From IMG/VR virus record IMGVR_UViG_3300017754_001608, positions 1-39,723 of that record: a DNA stretch of 39,723 nucleotides. One strand, given 5' to 3'. The notes under the pieces were generated by a model, which was given only the letters and a program-made list of their open reading frames with translations, searched no databases and was not told where the DNA came from. The translations under genes were made by a program, and so were the position numbers. Below, piece by piece: positions 15,987 through 23,830 of this stretch; position 1 is the stretch's first letter, and every line of letters begins with the position of its first letter. The DNA is from a virus (Duplodnaviria > Caudoviricetes).

Positions 15987-16377
15987 TTTTAGCCAACCTA
16001 ATTCCTATTTTTGTGATATGGCTATTGATTTGGCCCAGCTTTATTTTTAGCTTCGTGCGCGCTTTTTTGTTTTCTCTTACTTTGCGGCAGTGTTCGCACG
16101 GCTCATTTTCTGAGTTCTCAAACACCTCGTCGTAGCTGTAATGATCGCCAAAATAGCCACCGCCGGAACCTTTGTTTAGCTCTGCAACCTCCTTGTAAAT
16201 TCTTTGTATGCAGTCAATTTCTGAAATCTGCTGCAGTAACTGGCCGGGGAAATGTGGGTCGTCGCGAGACACGTATTGTTTCTCGCAGTGTCCTGCGCTG
16301 GCGTTTTTAAGGTCTTTTATTTGAGCTGTCAGTTTTGCTCTCTGAATCACTAGTTTTTCTAAAGCTGATTTCATCAT
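15979..16377 (-). CDS. Hypothetical protein (Cys-containing)
   Basis: 132 aa with CEHC; in the operon. Confidence 0.65.
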   Translation of the reverse strand: MMKSALEKLVIQRAKLTAQIKDLKNASAGHCEKQYVSRDDPHFPGQLLQQISEIDCIQRIYKEVAELNKGSGGGYFGDHYSYDEVFENSENEPCEHCRKVRENKKARTKLKIKLGQINSHITKIGIRLAKND

Positions 16378-16529
16378 CCTCTCCTTACTGGTTTGTAACT
16401 CATGATCCGCCGCTTAATGTTTGGCGCAAATCTAGCCAGGATTTTATGCCGGCTGTAGTCGTCGCAGATAATCAGCACCATCTGCATTGGTGGCTCTGGT
16501 ATTTTGTTTTCGGTTATTGGTGTAAACAT
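16374..16529 (-). CDS. 51-aa hypothetical protein (not in ORF track)
   Basis: MFTPITENKIPEPPMQMVLIICDD...; TGATG and ATGA coupling fills the gap after dnaB. Confidence 0.5.
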   Translation of the reverse strand: MFTPITENKIPEPPMQMVLIICDDYSRHKILARFAPNIKRRIMSYKPVRRG

Positions 16530-17872
16530 CAGAAGCGCTCCTTCAGTTTCTTTTTTTCTGGCTCTGGCTTTGGTGCTGGCAAGCGGTTTGTGTCTTTGAA
16601 TCGACTAAAACCAAGCTCAGGTTGCAAGTAGGTTGTGCCAGTCTCACCCATGCGGTTTTTGGCAATGATTGCCTCGGTCAGTGAGTGATCGCCTCGGTTG
16701 CCTTCGTAATCTTCGTCATACAAGAAAATAATCAAGTCCCCTTCTTGCTCTATCGCTGATGACCCTAAAAGGTTTTTCATCTCTGGCCGGCCAATCAATC
16801 CACGATTTAGCTGGCTCAAAACGATGACCGGACAATTCATTTTCTTAGCCATGTTTTTCATGCCGCGAATCTTGTTTCTGATTTGCGCAACGTCTGACTC
16901 ACCATCTGCTTCTATTTTGTGCAGGTAATCCACCACGATTAAATCCAATCCACCTAAGCGCATAGATGTTCGCTTTGCTCGTGCTTGCATCTCAGCAACC
17001 GTCTGACCGCCTTTGTCATCAATGCGGAAATACTTCTGCCGGCTTTGGATCATCTCTTGCGCCTTTGCTAGATAAGCAACGCAGTCAACAAGTGCGGAGC
17101 CGTTTCTGACCTTATTCAGATAGACATTACCAAGGCTTGCGATCATCTTCTGCATCAGCTGTTCGGCGCTCATTTCTAGACTGAAAAACAAAACACGCTT
17201 TGGTTCCGGCGAAAGGAATGCTGAGTATTCAGCAAAGTTAAGGGTAAGTGTTGTTTTACCGCAGCTAGGAGGTGCAGCAACAACGATTAAATCTTGCGGC
17301 TGAAACCCACTTGTAAACCGGTCGATGTTTTCAAACCCAGAAGAAATTCCGATTAACCCGTCTTGGCTTTTCAGTGCCTTTTCCATCATGCCAAAGACTG
17401 AATTCATCACATCAACAGGATGCTTGATTTCTTGGTCTCCTTCATCGTCACCAATGTTTGCGATCTTCTCCATTGCGCTGCGGAGTCTTTGCTCTGGATC
17501 GCCGTGCTTGTTGATTTCATCAGAAGCCTGATTAATCGCTTCCATTGCAGCGCGGAGCCGTGCAACCTTCTTGAGCCTGTACGCTGTATTCACAATACTG
17601 GCTTGGCTGACTGCGTTAATGCCAAGGTGCATAGCATAAGAGCTTAAATCAGAGCCGGCATCGCTCAAGGCTGACGGAATGGTCACAGCGTTAACGTCCT
17701 GCCCTGAGCCAGCAATCTTCAGGATGGTTTCCCAAATGTACTTGTGGTTCTGGTTTGCAAAGTCAGACGGTTTTAGTATTGCCAATACATCAGCAGAAAC
17801 ATCTGTTTTGTCGTTAAACATCAGGCCGCCGATTACGGTCTGCTCTGCCAGCTCGTCATACAGGTTGTTCAT
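16529..17872 (-). CDS. dnaB: Replicative DNA helicase, DnaB family
   Basis: AEQTVIGGL N-domain, Walker A APPSCGKT, FFSLEMS, IVVDYL, LSQLNR and IIAKNRMGETG; probable start MNNLYD at 17872. Confidence 0.95.
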   Translation of the reverse strand: MNNLYDELAEQTVIGGLMFNDKTDVSADVLAILKPSDFANQNHKYIWETILKIAGSGQDVNAVTIPSALSDAGSDLSSYAMHLGINAVSQASIVNTAYRLKKVARLRAAMEAINQASDEINKHGDPEQRLRSAMEKIANIGDDEGDQEIKHPVDVMNSVFGMMEKALKSQDGLIGISSGFENIDRFTSGFQPQDLIVVAAPPSCGKTTLTLNFAEYSAFLSPEPKRVLFFSLEMSAEQLMQKMIASLGNVYLNKVRNGSALVDCVAYLAKAQEMIQSRQKYFRIDDKGGQTVAEMQARAKRTSMRLGGLDLIVVDYLHKIEADGESDVAQIRNKIRGMKNMAKKMNCPVIVLSQLNRGLIGRPEMKNLLGSSAIEQEGDLIIFLYDEDYEGNRGDHSLTEAIIAKNRMGETGTTYLQPELGFSRFKDTNRLPAPKPEPEKKKLKERF

Positions 17873-18536
17873 TGTCTTTCTCCCATTGTTGTTCGAATTT
17901 TTCCATAAACTCTGGATCATCTTCCCACTGGCGCTTATTTATGTACGTTGTAGGGTGCATGCGATCAGCACCAAAAACAACGCCGACCAGATTATCCTGG
18001 TAATGCGTAAGCATTGCGTAAGTGACCATCTCGGCTTTTTTGTCTGACTTGCCGCGCATCAGGCGCATAAATGCTTTTTTTGCATCCTGCTTTTTAACCT
18101 TTGCCGTTTTCTCGCAGTTGTAGTTTTTCCAGAATTTTTCAAACAGAGAACACACAAAACTATTGTTAGATTCTTTGTTAGATTCATTGTTAAGATCGTG
18201 CGCAATTTTGGCACCTCTAGAGGTGTCATTTTGGCAGTTCCGTGGTGCCAGATTGGCAGTTCCGGCGTCATCATTTTGGTAATTCATCCAAACCAATTTG
18301 TACACTGATGTCTTATTTGGACGCCTGACAACATCAATAACTTTTTCAGCCTCCAGAAAATTCAAGTGACGCTGAAAAGTCCGAACCCCCATACCGCAAG
18401 ACTCTGCCATTTTGTCTATTGAGTACCAACTAATTCCATCATCGTTTGAATTGTTTGCAATCTGCAAAAGAACCAGCTTTACGCCGGCGCTTTCAGTTTT
18501 AAAATCCCACGCCATGAAAGTGTGTTTTGCTGACAT
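17856..18536 (-). CDS. Replication initiator (lambda O-like, N-terminal winged HTH)
   Basis: KLVLLxIANxxNDDG..W.S...A..CG...RT.QR.L; FEKFWKNY; HPTTYINxxxWED; directly upstream of the helicase. Confidence 0.85.
   Translation of the reverse strand: MSAKHTFMAWDFKTESAGVKLVLLQIANNSNDDGISWYSIDKMAESCGMGVRTFQRHLNFLEAEKVIDVVRRPNKTSVYKLVWMNYQNDDAGTANLAPRNCQNDTSRGAKIAHDLNNESNKESNNSFVCSLFEKFWKNYNCEKTAKVKKQDAKKAFMRLMRGKSDKKAEMVTYAMLTHYQDNLVGVVFGADRMHPTTYINKRQWEDDPEFMEKFEQQWEKDNEQPV
18160..18265. other. Putative replication origin: iterons plus AT-rich repeats inside the initiator gene
   Basis: Minus strand GGAACTGCCAATCTGGCACC, GGAACTGCCAAAATGACACC and GGTGCCAAAATTGCGCAC at 22-23 bp spacing, then GAATCTAACAA x2; lambda-ori-like layout. 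Confidence 0.65.
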
Positions 18537-18545
18537 AATTAGGCC

Positions 18546-19112
18546 CTAAAAAGGAGCGTGATCGAGCGGGTTAGACAATGCGGATATTGACGATTGTATA
18601 GCCTTAACTTGGCTCAAATCGTAATCTGAAACGCTCGTCATCTGATCAAAACAAATGGAAAGCAGTTCCATGCTTGATGAAAAAACGCTAACAGAAAGCA
18701 TGCTGCACACCAAAGAAACTCCCTGCGTAATGTCGTCACATTCCGTGCAAACCAAGCTGCCAATAACTTCGGCATTTTCGTACATTTTTAGAATTTCATT
18801 ATCAGCTTCAAAATTAAGAAGGTTGCAATTTAGCTTTTCGTAATTACTTGCCATTCTCACAGCAGCTAAATATCTTCCAACCTGAAAAAGCATCCCAGCC
18901 TGGAAAGGTACGTTTTTTAACTCAATCACATTTAAAACATCTTTCTCGCCGTGCTTCTCTAGCGTTATTAAATCCGCTATACCATAAGCCCCCAGCGACG
19001 GCTGCCTGCAAACACCAACAACAGGACGACCGTTAATAGGGTTGTATCTGTGCGCTAAAACGTAATTGTAAATCTGATCTTCAAATTCTTTTTCTGTTTT
19101 AAAAAATGGCAT
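18546..19112 (-). CDS. PD-(D/E)XK nuclease-like protein (NucS/YhcG C-terminal-like)
   Basis: E-x-E-x-E...RQ...GIADL...VIELK...QVGRY catalytic pattern. Confidence 0.6.
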   Translation of the reverse strand: MPFFKTEKEFEDQIYNYVLAHRYNPINGRPVVGVCRQPSLGAYGIADLITLEKHGEKDVLNVIELKNVPFQAGMLFQVGRYLAAVRMASNYEKLNCNLLNFEADNEILKMYENAEVIGSLVCTECDDITQGVSLVCSMLSVSVFSSSMELLSICFDQMTSVSDYDLSQVKAIQSSISALSNPLDHAPF

Positions 19113-19141
19113 ATACTAAAACCTCACTTGTTTACTCATCT

Positions 19142-19170
19142 AGCCTGACCTGCCAGTCGGGCTTTTTTAT
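19142..19170 (+). terminator. Plus-strand (antisense-oriented) intrinsic terminator
   Basis: AGCCTGAC-CTGCCA-GTCGGGCT followed by TTTTTATTT, between two minus-strand genes. Confidence 0.6.
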
Positions 19171-19195
19171 TTGGACGGCGCAAAATTGCGCTTTC

Positions 19196-19375
19196 CTACT
19201 TCCAGTTCTGCAGGTAGTCAGATAAAGCCTTGACTGTGCTGTAAGCTGGATCCACATCTGTATTTGCCAGCCTGTAAACCGTGTTATATGGAACTCCTGC
19301 AGCTTCTGACACCGCCTTCAAGTTCATCGGCTTGAGCATTTCACGTATCTTCTCTAGCGTTAGCATTTCAAGCAT
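19196..19375 (-). CDS. cro: Cro-like HTH regulator, 59 aa (not in ORF track)
   Basis: MLEMLTLEKIREMLKPMNLKAVSEAAGVPYNTVYRLANTDVDPAYSTVKALSDYLQNWK; GAGG RBS; first gene of the replication operon. Confidence 0.8.
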   Translation of the reverse strand: MLEMLTLEKIREMLKPMNLKAVSEAAGVPYNTVYRLANTDVDPAYSTVKALSDYLQNWK

Positions 19376-19399
19376 ACCTCATTTATTTATTTAGGATAG

Positions 19400-19433
19400 T
19401 TGACAGATTACCCGACAATGGTAAGATAGTCAA
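19400..19433. promoter_or_regulatory. Overlapping divergent sigma70 promoters
   Basis: Plus strand TTGACA(19400)-N16-TAAGAT with TGn; minus strand TTGACT(19433)-N17-TAATCT. Confidence 0.75.
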
Positions 19434-19450
19434 TACCAACTAACAAGGGG

Positions 19451-19726
19451 ATGGAAATGAAAAAACTACTTTTAGCTTTAATCGTATCAGCGCCGGTAAT
19501 GGCAACAACATTTGCAGATGACTACCGGCAGCAGCCAGATCTCAGTTCAAAGCAGGCTTTAATGCTGGCGGAAATCGTTAAGGCGTTTGGCTATAGCTGC
19601 AACTCAATCAACTCTGCCAGCCGGTCAGCCTGGTCAAATGGCAAATACAAGTTGATTTGCAACAACTGGAATTACGTCTACACCATCGAAGATAAAGGCG
19701 GTCGCGCTGTAGTGACAGTGGAGTAA
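19451..19726 (+). CDS. Small secreted/periplasmic protein
   Basis: Signal peptide MKKLLLALIVSAPVMA; two Cys; first gene of the plus-strand early operon. Confidence 0.75.
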   Translation: MEMKKLLLALIVSAPVMATTFADDYRQQPDLSSKQALMLAEIVKAFGYSCNSINSASRSAWSNGKYKLICNNWNYVYTIEDKGGRAVVTVE

Positions 19727-19730
19727 TGGA

Positions 19731-20609
19731 ATGACTCAGTTAATGACAATACCAGACATGGTAAAAGGCGTTGAGCCTGAGTGTTTGCAGTTAATTACTG
19801 CGCACAATGCAGTAAATTGGGCAGCTGAGGCTAACTATGCAATGCAGTTGCTGGCGGCTAATGACTACGCACTGAAGATTGCAATGGCAAAGCCGGTATC
19901 AGTTCAAAACGCTTTGCGCAATGCTGCTGCTATCGGCGTGAGCTTAAATCCAGCTGGCAAGAATGCCTACTTAGTGCCTCGTGGCGGTGCTATCTGTTTA
20001 GATATTTCTTACATGGGATTGCTTCACTTGGCAATGTCTACCGGCTCGATTGAGTGGGGTCAGTCAAAGCTGGTCTATGCAAATGACAGTTACGAAAACC
20101 TAGGCATTGACCAAGCACCAAGCCATAAGTACAGCGCTTTCGGTGCTCGCGGTGAATTAGTTGGCGCTTACTGCGTTGTACGTACATCAACCGGTGCATA
20201 CCTGACTGAAGAAATGAGCCGCGAGCAACTGGAAGCCGTCAAAGCCCGTAGCGAATCAGGCAAGCAAAACAAAGGCCCATGGTTCACTGACTTTGAAGAA
20301 ATGTGCCGCAAGACCGTAGTTAAACGCGCCGCCAAGATGTGGCCGAAAGTTAACCGGCTTGATGACGCTATCCAATATCTCAACACTGACGGCGGCGAAG
20401 GCATCACTAAGGATGATCCAGTGCGCGACGTTACGCCAATTAGCCTTGATTCAGAAGCATGGCTAACTGACCACTACAACGCTTTACCGGATGATAAAAA
20501 ACCGCTGATGCTGGATTGGATTCAGCGCGCAGCCGGCACAAACAAAATCTGTGACTTAACAGAGCAGCAAGCTCAAGCAGCGATTAAAGCGCTTAAGGCG
20601 AAAAAATGA
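19731..20609 (+). CDS. recT: RecT/Redbeta-family single-strand annealing protein
   Basis: GVSLNP...AYLVPR...ISYMGL, GPWxTDFEEMxRKTVVKRAxKxWP. Confidence 0.92.
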   Translation: MTQLMTIPDMVKGVEPECLQLITAHNAVNWAAEANYAMQLLAANDYALKIAMAKPVSVQNALRNAAAIGVSLNPAGKNAYLVPRGGAICLDISYMGLLHLAMSTGSIEWGQSKLVYANDSYENLGIDQAPSHKYSAFGARGELVGAYCVVRTSTGAYLTEEMSREQLEAVKARSESGKQNKGPWFTDFEEMCRKTVVKRAAKMWPKVNRLDDAIQYLNTDGGEGITKDDPVRDVTPISLDSEAWLTDHYNALPDDKKPLMLDWIQRAAGTNKICDLTEQQAQAAIKALKAKK

Positions 20610-20812
20610 AGCCTACATATGATGAGCTTGCAACATTGGTCGAAAGACTAAAGGATTTGTCTGAATACTGGATTGACCAAGCAAGGCCTCATCAGCCATC
20701 AAAGCAGGAATATGAAACTTGGCTGGCTCTTGGGCATCACAGCAAGGCTTTGCATACTGCGAAAATCTACACGCAACGAATCAAGCAAGGTAATGCAAAT
20801 GAGTCTATATAA
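20606..20812 (+). CDS. Hypothetical protein
   Basis: 68 aa; ATGA overlap with recT. Confidence 0.6.
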   Translation: MKPTYDELATLVERLKDLSEYWIDQARPHQPSKQEYETWLALGHHSKALHTAKIYTQRIKQGNANESI

Positions 20813-21515
20813 CCGCGCAATAGCGCAACTAAAATCACTTGAGCCTGCATTTGGGTTTGATCCGTCTGTGGTTGAGCAGGGCTCACTTGAATGGAAAATC
20901 ATGCGGCTTGGATGCCTTACAGCGTCCAAAGCTGACAAGATTGTCGCCGGCAAAGAAACTGAAGGCAGACAGACTTACATGGCTGAGATTATCAGCTCAA
21001 TCATTAACTGCGCCGCTGATGAAGAGTCAGGATTCAAGCAAACCGAGCACGGCAAGTTATACGAAGGCGCTGCGCGTGATGCGTTATCTGTTGCGCTGGA
21101 TTTTGTCGATATCCAAGAAATACCGCTGATTTACATGGATGATGAAATGCGCGTTGCGGTGAGCCCAGACGGTGTTTTTGGCAACACAGTTGTTGAGCTG
21201 AAGTCGCCATACGACACAACGTTCCACGTCGCACACATGGCGTTTGGTAACGTCAAAAAGGCTTGGCGCTGGCAGTGTCAAATGCAGTTAATCGGTAGCG
21301 GCGCTGAGCGGCATATATTCGCCACTTACGACCCCAGGGTAATACTGTCAAAAAATCTGCATTACTCAGAAACTCTGCTGGATGAATCAATGCAGGCAAC
21401 GCTGCGTGACGCGATACCGGCGTTTATTTACGATTTAGACAAAGCGCTGGAAAAGCTCGGAGTTGAGCATAAGCAGCATTGGAAATACCTTAAACAACAG
21501 AGAGAGAATATTTAA
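20799..21515 (+). CDS. YqaJ/lambda-exonuclease family protein
   Basis: QGSLEWxxxRLGxLTAS, HGxxxE, SPDG, ELKSP and QCQMQL; probable start MSLYN at 20799. Confidence 0.9.
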   Translation: MSLYNRAIAQLKSLEPAFGFDPSVVEQGSLEWKIMRLGCLTASKADKIVAGKETEGRQTYMAEIISSIINCAADEESGFKQTEHGKLYEGAARDALSVALDFVDIQEIPLIYMDDEMRVAVSPDGVFGNTVVELKSPYDTTFHVAHMAFGNVKKAWRWQCQMQLIGSGAERHIFATYDPRVILSKNLHYSETLLDESMQATLRDAIPAFIYDLDKALEKLGVEHKQHWKYLKQQRENI

Positions 21516-21982
21516 TGGCAACAACAGTAACAAGCAAGCTAAACAAGGCTGCATCACAATTTCAGGCTGGCGATTCAACTGGCTTCGGCATTCGTTTAGG
21601 CGTGAAGCATTACGACCGCGAGACTAAGGCAGATGCCTGGACTAACTACGAAGCTGTCGTGTTTGCAAAAGCGCCGGCACAAGTTAAGTTTTACCAGGAG
21701 ACGCTAGTCGAAGGCGCAATCGTCGAAGTATCTGGAGATAAGTGCAAAATCCGGCAGTTTCAAGGCAATAACGGACTGAGTCTGTCGATTGAGATTCTTG
21801 ATGCCAAGCTGGGCGCAGTGTATGCACCACAGCAAGCACAACAATCCGCACCAGCACAGCGCGAACAGCCAGCACAGCCAGCCAGACAAGCTCCGCCGCA
21901 GGGTTATCAAGGTAAGATGCCGCAGCAGGCAATGCAAAATCCGGCAGGGCCGATTGATTTTGATGACGACATTCCATTCTAG
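21515..21982 (+). CDS. ssb: Single-stranded DNA-binding protein
   Basis: OB-fold N-terminus, Gln/Pro linker, acidic tail DFDDDIPF. Confidence 0.92.
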   Translation: MATTVTSKLNKAASQFQAGDSTGFGIRLGVKHYDRETKADAWTNYEAVVFAKAPAQVKFYQETLVEGAIVEVSGDKCKIRQFQGNNGLSLSIEILDAKLGAVYAPQQAQQSAPAQREQPAQPARQAPPQGYQGKMPQQAMQNPAGPIDFDDDIPF

Positions 21983-22009
21983 CAACAACCAGCGCCCTCG
22001 CGGCTCTAC

Positions 22010-22038
22010 TTGCACAGCAATTAAATTGAAACTATGAT
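22010..22038 (+). promoter_or_regulatory. Sigma70-like promoter TTGCAC-N17-TATGAT
   Basis: Same ACTTGCAC -35 as at 23034 and 35708. Confidence 0.65.
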
Positions 22039-22100
22039 TAACTTCCGCGCCAGAACCTTACCCGCCATAGAGATATGGCTTCTATTTTTTAGGAGCCATT

Positions 22101-23018
22101 ATGAATCACGTCGTTAGCTTTTCAGGCGGCAGAACATCTGCTTATCTTGTTTACCTTATCGAGCAAATGCGCAAGTCCGGAGAATGGACCGACCCAGTTG
22201 AGTATATCTTCATGGACACCGGCGCAGAGCATCCAAAAACTTATGAGTTCATAAAAAAGTGCGTTGAGCATTTTGGGATTAGTCTGACTTGTTTGCATGG
22301 CTATTTTGAGCGCCCGGTAGGCAAAGGAAACTCTTACAACGTGATTCCACTGGATGACTGCAACTTCAATATGAAAGGCGGCCCAATGGCTCGTATGATG
22401 CTCAAATACGGATTGCCAACCGTTATGGGTGCCTGGTGCACCAGCCGCATGAAAGAAGAAACGCACGATAAATATTGCGACGACAAGTATGGAAAAGGCA
22501 ATTACGTTACATGGCTCGGTATTCGAGCGGACGAGCAAAGCAGGCTGAAAATAGGCAAGCGCAAGGATTTGCGATACATGGCTGAAATCACAGATTTTGA
22601 AAAAGATGATGTTCTTGATTTCTGGCAGGGAATGCCATTTGACTTAGAAATTCAAGAGCATTTAGGGAATTGCGTTTTTTGCATTAAAAAGTCAATAAAC
22701 AAGATTGCGCTTGCGGCCAGAGATGAGCCAGCCCTCGCAATGGAATGGATGAAAGCCATAGAAAACGCAACCGACAGATTAAACCAACCTAAAGAGAAGG
22801 ATTACGGCGGATTATTCCCAGAGAAATACATCCAGCATGTCCAGAAAGGTGTCATGTATCGCAACCATAACAGCATGGATTCAATAATAACCAAGTTCGA
22901 ACTGCACAGCAGGGATGAGATATACGACACCATCAGAAGCATGAAGCGCAAAGAATCTGGCGGCTGCACTGAGTCATGCGAAGCCTTTGCATCTGAGCAA
23001 ATAGACTGGCTGGTCTGA
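22101..23018 (+). CDS. PAPS-reductase-like (adenine nucleotide alpha-hydrolase/PP-loop) protein
   Basis: VVSFSGGRTS, DTGAEHPKTY, GIRADE, GNCVFC and GCTESCE. Confidence 0.85.
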   Translation: MNHVVSFSGGRTSAYLVYLIEQMRKSGEWTDPVEYIFMDTGAEHPKTYEFIKKCVEHFGISLTCLHGYFERPVGKGNSYNVIPLDDCNFNMKGGPMARMMLKYGLPTVMGAWCTSRMKEETHDKYCDDKYGKGNYVTWLGIRADEQSRLKIGKRKDLRYMAEITDFEKDDVLDFWQGMPFDLEIQEHLGNCVFCIKKSINKIALAARDEPALAMEWMKAIENATDRLNQPKEKDYGGLFPEKYIQHVQKGVMYRNHNSMDSIITKFELHSRDEIYDTIRSMKRKESGGCTESCEAFASEQIDWLV

Positions 23019-23033
23019 CCACAAATTAATTAC

Positions 23034-23062
23034 TTGCACACCACATTGCGTTGAGATATCTT
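23034..23062 (+). promoter_or_regulatory. Sigma70-like promoter TTGCAC-N17-TATCTT
   Basis: Intergenic; same -35 as at 22010 and 35708. Confidence 0.6.
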
Positions 23063-23087
23063 TGTTTTGTCAGTAACAGCAAGGGGA

Positions 23088-23339
23088 ATGGAAATGAAAT
23101 TAAGAAAAGATAACGACGGCACGTACGAGCTGGAAACCAGCAAAGGCGTTTTCGGCTTTAATGCCTGGAATTACAGCGAGCCAAATGACAGGCCGGTGAT
23201 TGGGCTGTTTGATGGTGGGCGCAAAGTTACTGAGTTAACCGGCATTAATGCGATTAACCTGTACGACATGCTGACACCTGATAGCGATTATGAAAGCGAT
23301 GAACAAGACGGATATAACTCACTGAGCGAGGATTATTAA
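23088..23339 (+). CDS. Hypothetical acidic protein
   Basis: Start MEMK after AAGGGG RBS. Confidence 0.65.
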   Translation: MEMKLRKDNDGTYELETSKGVFGFNAWNYSEPNDRPVIGLFDGGRKVTELTGINAINLYDMLTPDSDYESDEQDGYNSLSEDY

Positions 23340-23340
23340 G

Positions 23341-23469
23341 ATGGCAACACGTTACGCAGTTTGGGGTAAAGATAAAACATATCGCTGGTTATGGCTGGCG
23401 TGTTTAGTGGCCGGCATTGAAGCAGCTAAAGGTCGTTATGCGCAGCACAAGAAGGATGCGGATAAATGA
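23341..23469 (+). CDS. 42-aa hypothetical protein (not in ORF track)
   Basis: MATRYAVWGKDKTYRWLWLACLVAGIEAAKGRYAQHKKDADK; GAGG RBS and ATGA overlap. Confidence 0.5.
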   Translation: MATRYAVWGKDKTYRWLWLACLVAGIEAAKGRYAQHKKDADK

Positions 23470-23822
23470 CATTAACAGAGATAGCTAACTACCACGGAGT
23501 CAGCAAAAGTGCCGTGGAGAAGTGGTCACCAGAAAAACGCCGCAAAGCAATCGTGATTATGCAATCCGGCGCAGAACCCGAAATCATCAAGCTGATTGGT
23601 GAGATTAGTCAGCTGTGTTACATCTTTGATTGCGCCAACATCAGGGCAACGACAAGAGCAAAATTCGCAAGACTAGAATTTGATTCTGACTTTGCGCACT
23701 TAAAAATTTATCAGCCTGACGGCAGATGCGTTATGAGCCTGGCGCCAATCGACCTCAACTTATCAACCGCAGTCGCAGAGCTGCAGAAAGTTAAACAGAT
23801 TTTAGAGTCATTTATTTACTAG
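23466..23822 (+). CDS. Protein with N-terminal HTH
   Basis: MTLTEIANYHGVSKSAVEKW. Confidence 0.6.
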   Translation: MTLTEIANYHGVSKSAVEKWSPEKRRKAIVIMQSGAEPEIIKLIGEISQLCYIFDCANIRATTRAKFARLEFDSDFAHLKIYQPDGRCVMSLAPIDLNLSTAVAELQKVKQILESFIY

Positions 23823-23830
23823 CAAGGGGA

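Noticed and set aside
17250-17285. DnaB Walker A variant APPSCGKT suggesting an inactive helicase
   Set aside because: GKT, the catalytic Glu (SLEM), DYL, SQLNR and the KNR arginine finger are all intact.
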